A stretch of DNA of 64,000 nucleotides. It comes from an uncultured Bacteroidaceae bacterium. Lineage in GTDB: Bacteria; Bacteroidota; Bacteroidia; Bacteroidales; GCA-2748055. The stretch lies in contig CAZIIU010000017.1 in assembly GCA_964539395.1 (NCBI GenBank), forward strand, positions 2,378 to 66,377. Direction: 5' to 3'. The notes beneath the pieces were generated by a model. The model made no database searches. It was not told where the DNA came from and was given only the letters and a program-made list of their open reading frames with translations. Within the stretch, counting starts at the first letter, position 1. Every line of letters begins with the position of its first letter. Below, piece by piece: positions 28,873 to 37,964 of this stretch. The position numbers were made by a program, and so were the translations under genes.

Positions 28873-28880
28873 GTCAATTT

Positions 28881-30404
28881 TTATTTTTTTCTATTTATTA
28901 TTTTTTGCAAGATAAATGTCTTTACACCGATCCTTTTATCTAGTTCTCGAATGGAAATAAAACTGGATATAATAATTATTATTGAACCCAAAATGTAAGA
29001 CCAAGATGAATTTAAAAGATGAATTACTGCAAAACATAAAATTACAAGAATAAGCTGTTGCATAGCAACCTGATAAAAAGCTCTAATAAATGAGAACTGA
29101 TACTTCCAATGAATAATAATATATACCTGAAATAAATATAGCACAAAGCAAACCGAAAAAGAGATTCCTAATCCTTCAAGACCTCCTAGTTTGTACCCTA
29201 TAATATTGAATAAAAGAGTGTAAGTATTGGCAATTAATTCTGACCAGAAAAATAGCTTAGCAGCTCCTTTTGCTATGAAAATAAACGCCATAGACCAGCT
29301 TGCCGCTTTAAATAACATACCTGGAATTGCCCAGTACATCATTTCGGTAATATCTACAAATTTTTCCGAGTATAAGAGGATAACAATCCAGTTTATAAAT
29401 ACGAGAAACCCTATTAATATCGGGGCTAAAATAAGAATTGATATCTCTGCTTGTTGATTTATTAAGTCTCGACTTTTTTGATTATCATTTGATACGGCAG
29501 ACAACCTTGGATAATAATCAGTTCCCATTGCTGTAAAAACCATGCCAACATAGATGTTTAGTATAGCGAATCCGGCATTATATAATCCAACCTGTTCAAC
29601 ACCACCAGTATTGCTAATAAATACTTTAACAATGTATGAAACTAGAGTTACAATCATTCCGTTCAAACTAAGCAAAAATCCCATTTTAAACATATCTTTA
29701 CCAATTGAAAAAGTCTCCCGATATGTAATATTTGAAGGTTTTATCTTGACCTTTTTTGAAAAGTACCAAGATAAAAGCATTGAAATTAAAGATGAGAGTA
29801 TAATTACCGGTACTATTCCATCGATACCCATGACATAATAAATTGGTACTGCTATAAGCAAGCCAATCCCCAATCCATATACACTTGCCCTGGCAAGATA
29901 TTTAATCTTCCGGAGACCCTGTAACACTACCATCTGACCAGCACTTAATTGGTCAAACAATAATATTACAGAGATTAGAATAAAAGCCAGTGTATAATTT
30001 CTATTGCCAAAGGTAAGTTCGCTAAGAACTGGAGCAAGACCTGCAACAATCAGTAATCCAAGTATACCCGTAAACCAAACTAATCTACGAAGAGTTGTTG
30101 CAACCTTTGAAATTTGACTTTCATCGCCTGAATCATTAGCAGCAGAAATATCCTTTACTGCACTAATTCTTAAACCAAAATTGGTAATTGCAGCAATAAA
30201 TCCGGTAGTTGATGTCAGGAGTCCTGCTATACCCATACCTGAAGGTCCCAAAAGTAAAGCAACAAACTTTGATCGAATAATAGCAATAATAATTCCTATT
30301 ACCTGAACTCCGCCAAATATAGATGTTGCTTTAATAATTTGACGATATGAAGATTGTTCTTTAGGAATATCTTTTTCTATCCTTTGGGGATAACGGTTAG
30401 CCAT
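28881..30404 (-). CDS. wzx: Oligosaccharide-unit flippase (Wzx, MOP superfamily)
   Basis: 507 aa polytopic membrane protein (about 12-14 TM) with the typical N-terminal KATSIFGGVQVIGIIIAIIRSKFVALLLGPSGMG. Confidence 0.8.
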   Translation of the reverse strand: MANRYPQRIEKDIPKEQSSYRQIIKATSIFGGVQVIGIIIAIIRSKFVALLLGPSGMGIAGLLTSTTGFIAAITNFGLRISAVKDISAANDSGDESQISKVATTLRRLVWFTGILGLLIVAGLAPVLSELTFGNRNYTLAFILISVILLFDQLSAGQMVVLQGLRKIKYLARASVYGLGIGLLIAVPIYYVMGIDGIVPVIILSSLISMLLSWYFSKKVKIKPSNITYRETFSIGKDMFKMGFLLSLNGMIVTLVSYIVKVFISNTGGVEQVGLYNAGFAILNIYVGMVFTAMGTDYYPRLSAVSNDNQKSRDLINQQAEISILILAPILIGFLVFINWIVILLYSEKFVDITEMMYWAIPGMLFKAASWSMAFIFIAKGAAKLFFWSELIANTYTLLFNIIGYKLGGLEGLGISFSVCFVLYLFQVYIIIHWKYQFSFIRAFYQVAMQQLILVILCFAVIHLLNSSWSYILGSIIIIISSFISIRELDKRIGVKTFILQKIINRKK

Positions 30405-30448
30405 TACTATTATAATTATATTTCACATTATTCTGATTCATACTCTAG

Positions 30449-30500
30449 TGTGCCGCCCCTAAAAAACAAGACCTTGGTTTAGTTTTTTAGGGGCGGCACA
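30449..30500. repeat. Perfect 19-bp inverted repeat (hairpin) with a 14-nt loop
   Basis: TGTGCCGCCCCTAAAAAAC (30449-30467) pairs with GTTTTTTAGGGGCGGCACA (30482-30500). It has a GC-rich core in an AT-rich divergent intergenic region, 45 nt beyond the wzx start. Confidence 0.7.
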
Positions 30501-30750
30501 ATTTAAGAATTATAATAGTACAACACCTTTTCAAATTAAGTTATAATATGAAGATACTACAAACTTTGCGAGATATTTTACGCCACTCTATTTATTGGGC
30601 TAATACAGATTTGACCAACAGACATAATAGTTGTATTAAGGTTATTATTCCTTATATTAAAATATTCCCAACTAGATAAATAAATACATAAAGGATTATA
30701 AAAGATCAGAATGCAATAATATACTATAATCATATTAAATTATCTTTTAC

Positions 30751-30786
30751 TTGACCAAGAGTCTTTGGAACTGCCACTTTGGTCAA
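30751..30786. promoter_or_regulatory. Candidate operator: TTGACCAA-N20-TTGGTCAA inverted repeat (third copy at 30611-30618)
   Basis: Exact 8-mers occur at 30751-30758 and, inverted, at 30779-30786, plus a direct copy at 30611-30618. All lie inside the wzx/fdtA divergent region. Confidence 0.3.
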
Positions 30787-30942
30787 CCATGGATATGGTT
30801 TAATAAAATGTGTATAATTGTAAAGTTTGATTCTAATTATTAATGGCTATTTTCGTATCTGTTTTTTTACTCAAATTGTAACTGAGGAAGCGGAGCTGTA
30901 CTCAGTTGTTATCAATAAAGTTTATGATTAGAGTTTATCGCA

Positions 30943-31341
30943 ATGAATGTAGATTATATTGATATTCCGAAAATTCTTGACGAGAGGGGGAATTTATCTT
31001 TTATCGAGGAGCTCTCCCAAGTACCTTTCGAAATTAAAAGGGTATATTGGGTATATGATGTACCCGGGGGCGAGATACGTGGAAGTCATGCCTTGAAAAC
31101 GACTAAAGAGTTTATTGTAGCACTTTCAGGTAGTTTTGACATAGTGCTAAACGACAGGGATGAAGAAAGAAAAGTCTCATTAAACCGTTCCTACATAGGA
31201 GTATATGTGCCAAATATGATATGGCGCAGAATTGAGAATTTCTCAACAAACTCGCTGGCTCTTGTTCTTGCATCAACTTCTTACAATGAGAAGGATTATA
31301 TCAGAGACTTTAAGATATTCAAACGATTTCAACATGGTTGA
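30943..31341 (+). CDS. fdtA: FdtA/WxcM-type cupin (dTDP-4-keto-6-deoxyhexose 3,4-ketoisomerase-like), copy 1
   Basis: 132 aa with DERGNLSFIE ... KRVYWVYDVPGGEIRGSHALK ... SLALVLASTSYNEKDYIRD, the pattern of the WxcM-like C-terminal cupin domain. Confidence 0.8.
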   Translation: MNVDYIDIPKILDERGNLSFIEELSQVPFEIKRVYWVYDVPGGEIRGSHALKTTKEFIVALSGSFDIVLNDRDEERKVSLNRSYIGVYVPNMIWRRIENFSTNSLALVLASTSYNEKDYIRDFKIFKRFQHG

Positions 31342-31753
31342 ATCCACAATTTATAATTGTAACGTTATTAGTTTATATACAATTCACAATTCTGCAGGAA
31401 ATTTGACTGTTTATGAGAGCGATAAAACAGCTCCATTTACAGTAAAAAGAGTTTATTATCTTTATGATGTGCCTTCTGGATCAGAAAGAGGTGGACATGC
31501 CCATAAAAAATTGTACCAGTTGATTGTAGCTGCAAGTGGTTCTTTTAATGTATTACTCGACGATGGAAGGAATAAAAAGAATGTTGAACTGAACAGACCT
31601 CATCTTGGATTATTAGTTAAGCCAGGTATATGGCGGGAAATAGTAAATTTTTCTTCCGGTGCTATTTGTCTAGTTTTGGCTTCCGAAATATTTATAGAAG
31701 ACGATTATATTAGGGACTACAAAAACTACCTAAAATTGAAAAAAATATCTTGA
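31334..31753 (+). CDS. fdtA: FdtA/WxcM-type cupin, copy 2
   Basis: I placed the start at ATG 31334 (MVESTIYN...), overlapping the upstream stop as ATGGTTGA. KRVYYLYDVPSGSERGGHAHKK ... ICLVLASEIFIEDDYIRDY. The track ORF from 31232 is an out-of-frame overlap extension. Confidence 0.8.
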   Translation: MVESTIYNCNVISLYTIHNSAGNLTVYESDKTAPFTVKRVYYLYDVPSGSERGGHAHKKLYQLIVAASGSFNVLLDDGRNKKNVELNRPHLGLLVKPGIWREIVNFSSGAICLVLASEIFIEDDYIRDYKNYLKLKKIS

Positions 31754-31824
31754 TTACTCAGCTGGTTTTCAGGATTAGGTTTTTACCTTCTTATGCTTAA
31801 TTTAGTAAATAGACTTTTAATCTT

Positions 31825-32283
31825 ATGATATATATCCATCCAAGTGCTGATGTTCAAACAAAGGACATTGGTGAAAACACACAAATCTGGCAACATGTCA
31901 TAATACTCGCTGGTGCAAAAATTGGAACTGATTGTAATATCAATGCTAAATGCTTTATTGAAAGTAACGTAGTTATTGGTAATTCGACAACAATTAAGTG
32001 CGGCGTTTATATTTGGGATGGTGTGATCCTGGGCGATTATGTTTTTGTAGGTCCAAATGTAACTTTTACGAATGACAGATTTCCCAGATCTAAACAATAT
32101 CCAGTTAAATTTGAACAGACTTTAGTAAAAAACAGAGCTTCTATTGGTGCAGGAAGTGTTCTATTAAGTGGAGTTTCGATTGGGGAAAATTCAATGATCG
32201 GTGCAGGAAGTGTTGTTACAAAAGATATTCCTGACAATGAACTCTGGTTAGGAAATCCGGCGAGATTCATAAGAAATATTTAA
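31825..32283 (+). CDS. fdtC: Hexapeptide-repeat N-acetyltransferase (FdtC/WxcM N-terminal-domain-like)
   Basis: 152 aa with [36 protein letters not shown] ... [25 protein letters not shown]. It sits between the isomerase and aminotransferase genes. Confidence 0.75.
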   Translation: MIYIHPSADVQTKDIGENTQIWQHVIILAGAKIGTDCNINAKCFIESNVVIGNSTTIKCGVYIWDGVILGDYVFVGPNVTFTNDRFPRSKQYPVKFEQTLVKNRASIGAGSVLLSGVSIGENSMIGAGSVVTKDIPDNELWLGNPARFIRNI

Positions 32284-32308
32284 CATTTCTATATTCCTGA
32301 GGCAAACA

Positions 32309-33481
32309 ATGATTAAGATTCTCGATCTTAAAAAAGTAACAAGTATTTACCAACCCGAATTATCAATTGCTATAGATCGAGTCATTAATACAGGTTGGTA
32401 TCTGCTAGGAGAGGAAGTAAGAAATTTTGAATTAGAATATTCGAAATATCTTGGAGCAGGATTTTGTATTGGTGTCGCTAGTGGATTGGATGCGTTAAGC
32501 TTGATCTTCAGAGCTTGGCTTACAATGGGGATACTTAAGACCGGTGATGAAGTGATAGTACCAGCTAATACCTACATCGCCTCAGTTTTAGCTATCACAG
32601 AAAACAATCTGAAGCCTGTATTAGTTGAGCCTGATATAAATACTTATAATATAGCTATCAATCAAATAGAAGCAGCAATTACTCCCCGTACAAAAGCTAT
32701 TATGGTAGTTCATTTGTATGGTCGGGCTTGTTGGTCCGAAGAATTAACTGCAATTGCTAAACGACACAATTTAAAAATTGTGGAAGATAATGCCCAGGCC
32801 TCAGGAGCTGAATGTATAATTAAAGAAGCAATAAATGTCAGGGAACATGAGATTAAAAAAACAGGAAATTTGGGTCATGCTGCCGGGCACAGTTTTTATC
32901 CAGGAAAAAACCTCGGAGCACTTGGAGATGCAGGTGCAGTAACGACCAATGATGAAGAATTAGCCTTAGTTGTGAGGACTATAGCTAACTATGGATCTCA
33001 AGAAAAGTATGTGAACTTATATAAAGGATTAAATTCTCGGATGGATGAGATTCAAGCTGCAGTTCTGCGGATTAAATTGAAAAATCTTGATATTGATAAT
33101 AGACGAAGACAAGAAATTGCTTTACATTATATAAGTAAAATTGTTAATCAGGATATTATCTTACCTTTTGATTCTGATGCAAAAGACCTAATAAGAGAAA
33201 CTAGTTCTCTGGGTAACTCAAATGTTTGGCATCTTTTTGTTATCAGGCACCCAAAAAGAAACGAGTTAAAAGAATATTTATATAACAATGGTATTGAAAC
33301 GCTCATTCATTATCCAATTCCACCACACAAGCAAAAGGCATATAAAGAATTAAACTCAATTTCATTGCCTGTAACTGAAAGAATTCACGAAGAGGTTTTA
33401 AGTCTGCCAATAAGTCCGGTATTAACAGATGTGGAAATATCTCAGGTTATTGACAGAATTAATTTATTTGTAAAAAAATAA
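32309..33481 (+). CDS. fdtB: DegT-family PLP aminotransferase (FdtB/QdtB-like, 3-aminotransferase)
   Basis: 390 aa with [23 protein letters not shown] and [18 protein letters not shown] (PLP Lys block). Confidence 0.88.
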   Translation: MIKILDLKKVTSIYQPELSIAIDRVINTGWYLLGEEVRNFELEYSKYLGAGFCIGVASGLDALSLIFRAWLTMGILKTGDEVIVPANTYIASVLAITENNLKPVLVEPDINTYNIAINQIEAAITPRTKAIMVVHLYGRACWSEELTAIAKRHNLKIVEDNAQASGAECIIKEAINVREHEIKKTGNLGHAAGHSFYPGKNLGALGDAGAVTTNDEELALVVRTIANYGSQEKYVNLYKGLNSRMDEIQAAVLRIKLKNLDIDNRRRQEIALHYISKIVNQDIILPFDSDAKDLIRETSSLGNSNVWHLFVIRHPKRNELKEYLYNNGIETLIHYPIPPHKQKAYKELNSISLPVTERIHEEVLSLPISPVLTDVEISQVIDRINLFVKK

Positions 33482-33502
33482 TCGACGAAAATAATTGAGA
33501 CT

Positions 33503-34777
33503 GTGAAGAAAAGTTCTTTATTTAAAGATAACATTTCGAAGTTTTATCTTCTCGGATTTCTTGTTCTGTTAATTCTGATAAATGTTTACTGGTATACCTC
33601 TGCACCATCAGATTTATCAGGTAAGTTAGACCTTAAATTATTATTATTTATCCCTGAACTCTTAGTTAATATCTTATTTAAATTAATCTCAGCTGATGTC
33701 AGAATCGAAAACCATGAATTTATATTTGCAAATAATGAAATGTATGTGTATAATGTAAGTTATCTTATTTTTGGCTGGAAGTCATTTTTAATGTATAAAA
33801 ATCTCAGTATCATAACCTTATTTACAATTTGGTATACAAAAGTTCATATTACCAAAAAAATTACTTTCACCTTGCTTTTTTATTTCGTTCATTCCCTATT
33901 AATAGTAATAGGATTATTTATTATTGGATTTCTTGGGCCAATAGTTTTTTCTAATTTCCCTGATGTTGTAATTTCTCCAACCCTTCCTGGAAATATTATC
34001 ATTCTTTTATTTTTGTTCTTTTGGATCATAAGTCAAAAGGATGGGCTTCTTGCTAGATTTAATTCGGCAAGGATTAATATATCAAAAAAGCAAATTAGCA
34101 ACTTATTAGTACTCATTTTAGCTTTGCTTTTTCTAAGATATTTTTGGCAATCGTCCATTTACATGGGGGTTTTATTGGTTTATGTATTGCTCTCTTTGTG
34201 GTTTTTACGAAACTATAGCGGATTACAGACAATTTTTTCAAAAATTGGTTTTGGCGTAGAGATAGAAAAAAGAAATGCAATCGAATTCATAATAGTAGGA
34301 TTCTTAATAATTAGTACAAAAATGTTAATTCTTCCAGTAATGGAGTTTAAAAACTACACTCATGTCTTATTATTAATTTCTCAGGGAATCCTTTCAGCAT
34401 TTCATTACAATTCAACAATCGACGGAGATTTATTAATAGGGGAAAGTGGATCTATCTGGATTGGGACTCAATGCCTGGGATTAGTTTCTATGCTGCTTTT
34501 TGCATCTTTTATTTTTCTTTTCAGGAATGGTAATAATCGAGCAGCTATTTATTTCATTATGATTGGTTTGGTTATATTACATATATTCAATATCGTTAGA
34601 TTCATGCTTGTTTTTATAGTTGCTCAGCGAACAAATGGCTATGAAATTGCTGGCAATCATCATCAAATCTACAATATTGTTATTTATATAATTATTCTTC
34701 TCATGTGGGTAATATGGTATGAATTTTACGTTCTGAATAAAAGTGAGCATGGAAAAAAGCAATCTTTTCATCACTAA
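33503..34777 (+). CDS. Polytopic membrane protein with an exosortase/archaeosortase-like C-terminal core
   Basis: 424 aa with a GTG start. The C-terminal region reads IGTQC(324)LGLVSMLLFASFIF ... HIFNIVR(366)FMLVFIVAQ ... GNHH(386/387)QIYNIV. This is the C-x-G ... N-x-x-R ... H arrangement, with about 42 residues between Cys and Arg, that I recall for the EpsH/exosortase family. Confidence 0.5.
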   Translation: MKKSSLFKDNISKFYLLGFLVLLILINVYWYTSAPSDLSGKLDLKLLLFIPELLVNILFKLISADVRIENHEFIFANNEMYVYNVSYLIFGWKSFLMYKNLSIITLFTIWYTKVHITKKITFTLLFYFVHSLLIVIGLFIIGFLGPIVFSNFPDVVISPTLPGNIIILLFLFFWIISQKDGLLARFNSARINISKKQISNLLVLILALLFLRYFWQSSIYMGVLLVYVLLSLWFLRNYSGLQTIFSKIGFGVEIEKRNAIEFIIVGFLIISTKMLILPVMEFKNYTHVLLLISQGILSAFHYNSTIDGDLLIGESGSIWIGTQCLGLVSMLLFASFIFLFRNGNNRAAIYFIMIGLVILHIFNIVRFMLVFIVAQRTNGYEIAGNHHQIYNIVIYIIILLMWVIWYEFYVLNKSEHGKKQSFHH

Positions 34778-34852
34778 TGAATATCTATTAGAATTAATGC
34801 TTTTAAAGTTTTTTCTTTTTAAATACAATCATTTGCTGTAGTCTAAGCAACT

Positions 34853-35836
34853 ATGAGTGAATTTCCCTTAATAAGTATTATAGTTCCTGTATTTAATGCT
34901 GCAGATCACTTGAATAAATGTGTGGACAGTATATTAAATCAAAGTTTGCAAAATATTGAATTGATCTTGGTTAATGATGGTTCAACCGATAAATCCGGAG
35001 AAATATGCGACTATTATTTAAATTTAGATAGTAGAGTTAGGGTATTACATACAGAGAATCATGGGCATGGGGGCGCAAGAAAATTTGGATTAGAAATAGC
35101 AAAGGGAAAATATATTGGTTGGGTAGATGCTGACGATTGGGTTGATGAAGATATGTTCGAAACGCTTTATAAAAATGCTGAATTATATCAAAGTGATATT
35201 TTAGAGTGTTCTTATATCCAACATGATGGGGAATTGGAAATAATAAAGAGTCCAAAATCACATATATTTATTGGCGAAAATGATCAAATATTTTATGAAT
35301 TCTTATCTTCAAGAATGAGTCCGGGCTTTTGGAATAAATTGTATAAGAGGGAATTATTTGAAAATATTAATTTTCCAGTTGGCAGAATTCATGTGGATTT
35401 TTACGTGAATGTTTTGATGGCTCTTAAACCACTGAAGTATGTAAGGATACCTGTGGCTAAGTACCATTATATAAATAGAAGTGACAATATTACCAACTCA
35501 TTTACTGAGCAAAAAATACGTGAAGCGATTTATTTGTACGATTATACATTAAAATTAGCTAATGTTGAAACTGAAGGGACTAGGAGGAAAAAATTACTAT
35601 TATATGATGCTGTAAATAGGTTATTGGGTAGATATTTTACAATTAGTTCTAATCGGTCGATTAAAAACCAGCGAATATACTCAAGGATTATCAGAAATAA
35701 ACTAAAAGGAAAATTTCTTAAATATCTGATCATTTCCAAATTACCATTAAAGACGAAAGTAAACTATATTTTACTCATTTTTTCTCTGATGAGAGTGCAA
35801 AAGTATATCCACAACCTATTGTTCAAACAGAGATAA
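34853..35836 (+). CDS. Family 2 glycosyltransferase
   Basis: Contains ISIIVPVFNAADHLNKCVDSILNQS, LVNDGSTDKSGEI and WVDADDW. Confidence 0.85.
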   Translation: MSEFPLISIIVPVFNAADHLNKCVDSILNQSLQNIELILVNDGSTDKSGEICDYYLNLDSRVRVLHTENHGHGGARKFGLEIAKGKYIGWVDADDWVDEDMFETLYKNAELYQSDILECSYIQHDGELEIIKSPKSHIFIGENDQIFYEFLSSRMSPGFWNKLYKRELFENINFPVGRIHVDFYVNVLMALKPLKYVRIPVAKYHYINRSDNITNSFTEQKIREAIYLYDYTLKLANVETEGTRRKKLLLYDAVNRLLGRYFTISSNRSIKNQRIYSRIIRNKLKGKFLKYLIISKLPLKTKVNYILLIFSLMRVQKYIHNLLFKQR

Positions 35837-35845
35837 ACTGCAGAA

Positions 35846-36862
35846 ATGGGTACATTGCCAACAGTAGATATTTTAATACCAACATATAATCATGAAAACT
35901 ATATTGCACAAGCTATAGATAGTGCTCTATCCCAAATCACAGAATTTGAGTTTAAGCTGATAATTGGTGTTGACAAATCTAAGGACAACACACTAAGTAT
36001 ATGTGATAACTATAAAAAATCGTATCAGGATAGGATCACTCTTTTAAGGCATGATTCAAATATTGGAATGGCTGCTAATTATGAATCAATTTTTAATGCT
36101 TCAGATGCAAAATATATCTCAATACTTGAGGGTGACGATTACTGGATAGATACAAGAAAACTACAGAAACAGGTTGACATACTTGAAAAAGATGGTAAAA
36201 TTGGACTGGTCCACAGTAATTTCTATTCACTTTATGATAATGGCATAAAGAAAACGGGACATACATGGCAGAATAATAATCAGCTTTCTGGCAAATTGAT
36301 TGGACCGACTCAAACAGTTGAGGTGAATATTAATCCGTTAACGACTTGTTTCAGGTCAGAATTAGCAATATCACACGTTGACTTCAGATTTCTTGTTGTG
36401 AATAGTCTGTTAACTATTGATATTATGCTTTGGAGTGAGATTTGCAGGCGATCGGAAGTTTATTATATTCCTGATATTACCGGAGTATACAGGGTGCACA
36501 AAGCTTCTCTAACAGGCAATAAGGAAATAGAAGCTATAGAACGTTTTAATAAGACCCGTGTTGCCATTGTCTCTTATCTTATGGACAAGTATGATACCCC
36601 TTTAGAATTAAAAGAGGCATTTAGCTCAAAAAATAGCATAGAGTTAATTTACCAGTATTTATTAGCCAATGAAAAAAGCAAATTAAATATTGAATTGGCT
36701 AAAGTTAATCATGTAACCTCAATTCGTGACAGAGTTGTATGTTTTGTAGCAAAATATCCTAAGTTAAGATTCGTGATTGCATCCATGCACTGGTTTAGAC
36801 TATTGGGATCCTCTGTTAAACAATTTATTGTTAGTTTGATTAATCTAAGAAAAACACCTTAG
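35846..36862 (+). CDS. Family 2 glycosyltransferase
   Basis: Contains VDILIPTYNHENYIAQAIDSALSQ, GVDKSKDNT and LEGDDYW. Confidence 0.85.
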   Translation: MGTLPTVDILIPTYNHENYIAQAIDSALSQITEFEFKLIIGVDKSKDNTLSICDNYKKSYQDRITLLRHDSNIGMAANYESIFNASDAKYISILEGDDYWIDTRKLQKQVDILEKDGKIGLVHSNFYSLYDNGIKKTGHTWQNNNQLSGKLIGPTQTVEVNINPLTTCFRSELAISHVDFRFLVVNSLLTIDIMLWSEICRRSEVYYIPDITGVYRVHKASLTGNKEIEAIERFNKTRVAIVSYLMDKYDTPLELKEAFSSKNSIELIYQYLLANEKSKLNIELAKVNHVTSIRDRVVCFVAKYPKLRFVIASMHWFRLLGSSVKQFIVSLINLRKTP

Positions 36863-36868
36863 ACAATA

Positions 36869-37918
36869 ATGTCAAATAATCCAGGTAAACAGAGAAATGA
36901 GTTTATTGATATTTTAAAGGGTTTTACAATTTACCTTGTTGTGCTGGGACATGCTTTGCAACATGGCAATGGATCCGAATTTCTTGAAAAACGAGATTTC
37001 TTTGATGATTCCTTGTATCAGTTTATCTATAGTTTTCACATGCCACTCTTTATGCTTATAAGTGGATACTTTTTCAACTACTCATTGGGCAAAAGATCAT
37101 ATAAGACTATAATATTGAGTAGGTTAAGGGTATTAATTCTACCCATAATATCATGGAATGCAATTTACTACTTCGCACATTATATCTATAATTTTCAAAA
37201 TATTAGTTTTCTATATGAACTGAAACATTATATATCAAGCGTTTTCATGTCATTTTGGTTCTTATGGGCTGTATTCTGGAATTCCCTGGTCCTGATAATT
37301 GTAAGGAAATATTTAAAAGACAATCCAATTGTTTATATATTAATTTTTATAGTACTACTATTTATTCCTGATAGTTATAATTTATCGCTATATAAATTTA
37401 TGTATCCCTATTATGTAATTGGTTACTACTTTAATAAGATAAATGGGTTAGATTTACTTAAGAAATTAAAGGTAAACCAAATTTCTCAAACTTTTCTGGT
37501 TGGAGTAGTGTTCGTGGCTTTATTTCTGTTTTATAAAAGAGAAACATTCATTTATGTTAGTGGCCATACCTTGATTGGATCTGGTTCAATGGACAAACTT
37601 ATAATAATAGCATACAGGTTTATAATAGGAATAATAGGAAGTACATTCATTATACTTATACTGAATACGATTTATAAACACTTTGCTGTTGCCAGGAAAA
37701 TCCTCAAATTATTTGTAGTATTTGGAATTGAATCTTTGGGGATATATATAGTTTCAAACTATTTAAATATTATTCTGACAAGAATTACTCCTGATCTCAC
37801 ACTAAATTATTGGATTACTATCGGTGAATCTTTAGCCATAATAATAGTCTCTCTGGGTATAATAAAAATTATAAAATTGAATAGATTCTCAAACTTATTG
37901 CTTCTGGGAGGCAGATAG
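36869..37918 (+). CDS. Membrane O-acyltransferase (acyltransferase family 3)
   Basis: 349 aa with about 10 TM segments and the N-terminal IDILKGFTIYLVVLGHAL typical of Acyl_transf_3. Confidence 0.8.
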   Translation: MSNNPGKQRNEFIDILKGFTIYLVVLGHALQHGNGSEFLEKRDFFDDSLYQFIYSFHMPLFMLISGYFFNYSLGKRSYKTIILSRLRVLILPIISWNAIYYFAHYIYNFQNISFLYELKHYISSVFMSFWFLWAVFWNSLVLIIVRKYLKDNPIVYILIFIVLLFIPDSYNLSLYKFMYPYYVIGYYFNKINGLDLLKKLKVNQISQTFLVGVVFVALFLFYKRETFIYVSGHTLIGSGSMDKLIIIAYRFIIGIIGSTFIILILNTIYKHFAVARKILKLFVVFGIESLGIYIVSNYLNIILTRITPDLTLNYWITIGESLAIIIVSLGIIKIIKLNRFSNLLLLGGR

Positions 37919-37964
37919 TGATCTTAGTAAATAGGTATGCGGATTAATAATAATCGAGAAGCGA

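Noticed and set aside
30449-30500. The perfect hairpin as a rho-independent terminator.
   Set aside because: The flanking genes diverge from it, so nothing reads into it from a coding region. Neither arm is followed by a U/T tract.
30538-30669. 43-codon ORF (MKILQTLRDILRHSIYWANTDL...) in the wzx/fdtA spacer.
   Set aside because: It is short, has no motif and no obvious coupling to neighbours. It is likely spurious in AT-rich DNA.
31232-31333. N-terminal extension of the second fdtA ORF (the track ORF starts at 31232). The same applies to the extension 19490..19558 of the FemAB-like ORF.
   Set aside because: Both extensions overlap the preceding cupin coding sequence in another frame and translate to non-homologous sequence. 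The internal starts (ATG 31334, GTG 19559) give products that align from residue 1 with family members.
33503-34777. Calling this polytopic protein a second Wzy polymerase or an O-antigen ligase.
   Set aside because: This is not excluded. However, the C-terminal Cys ... NxxR ... His arrangement fits exosortase-type proteins better, and a separate EpsG/Wzy-like candidate exists at 38979..40229. I kept it as an exosortase-like call at moderate confidence.
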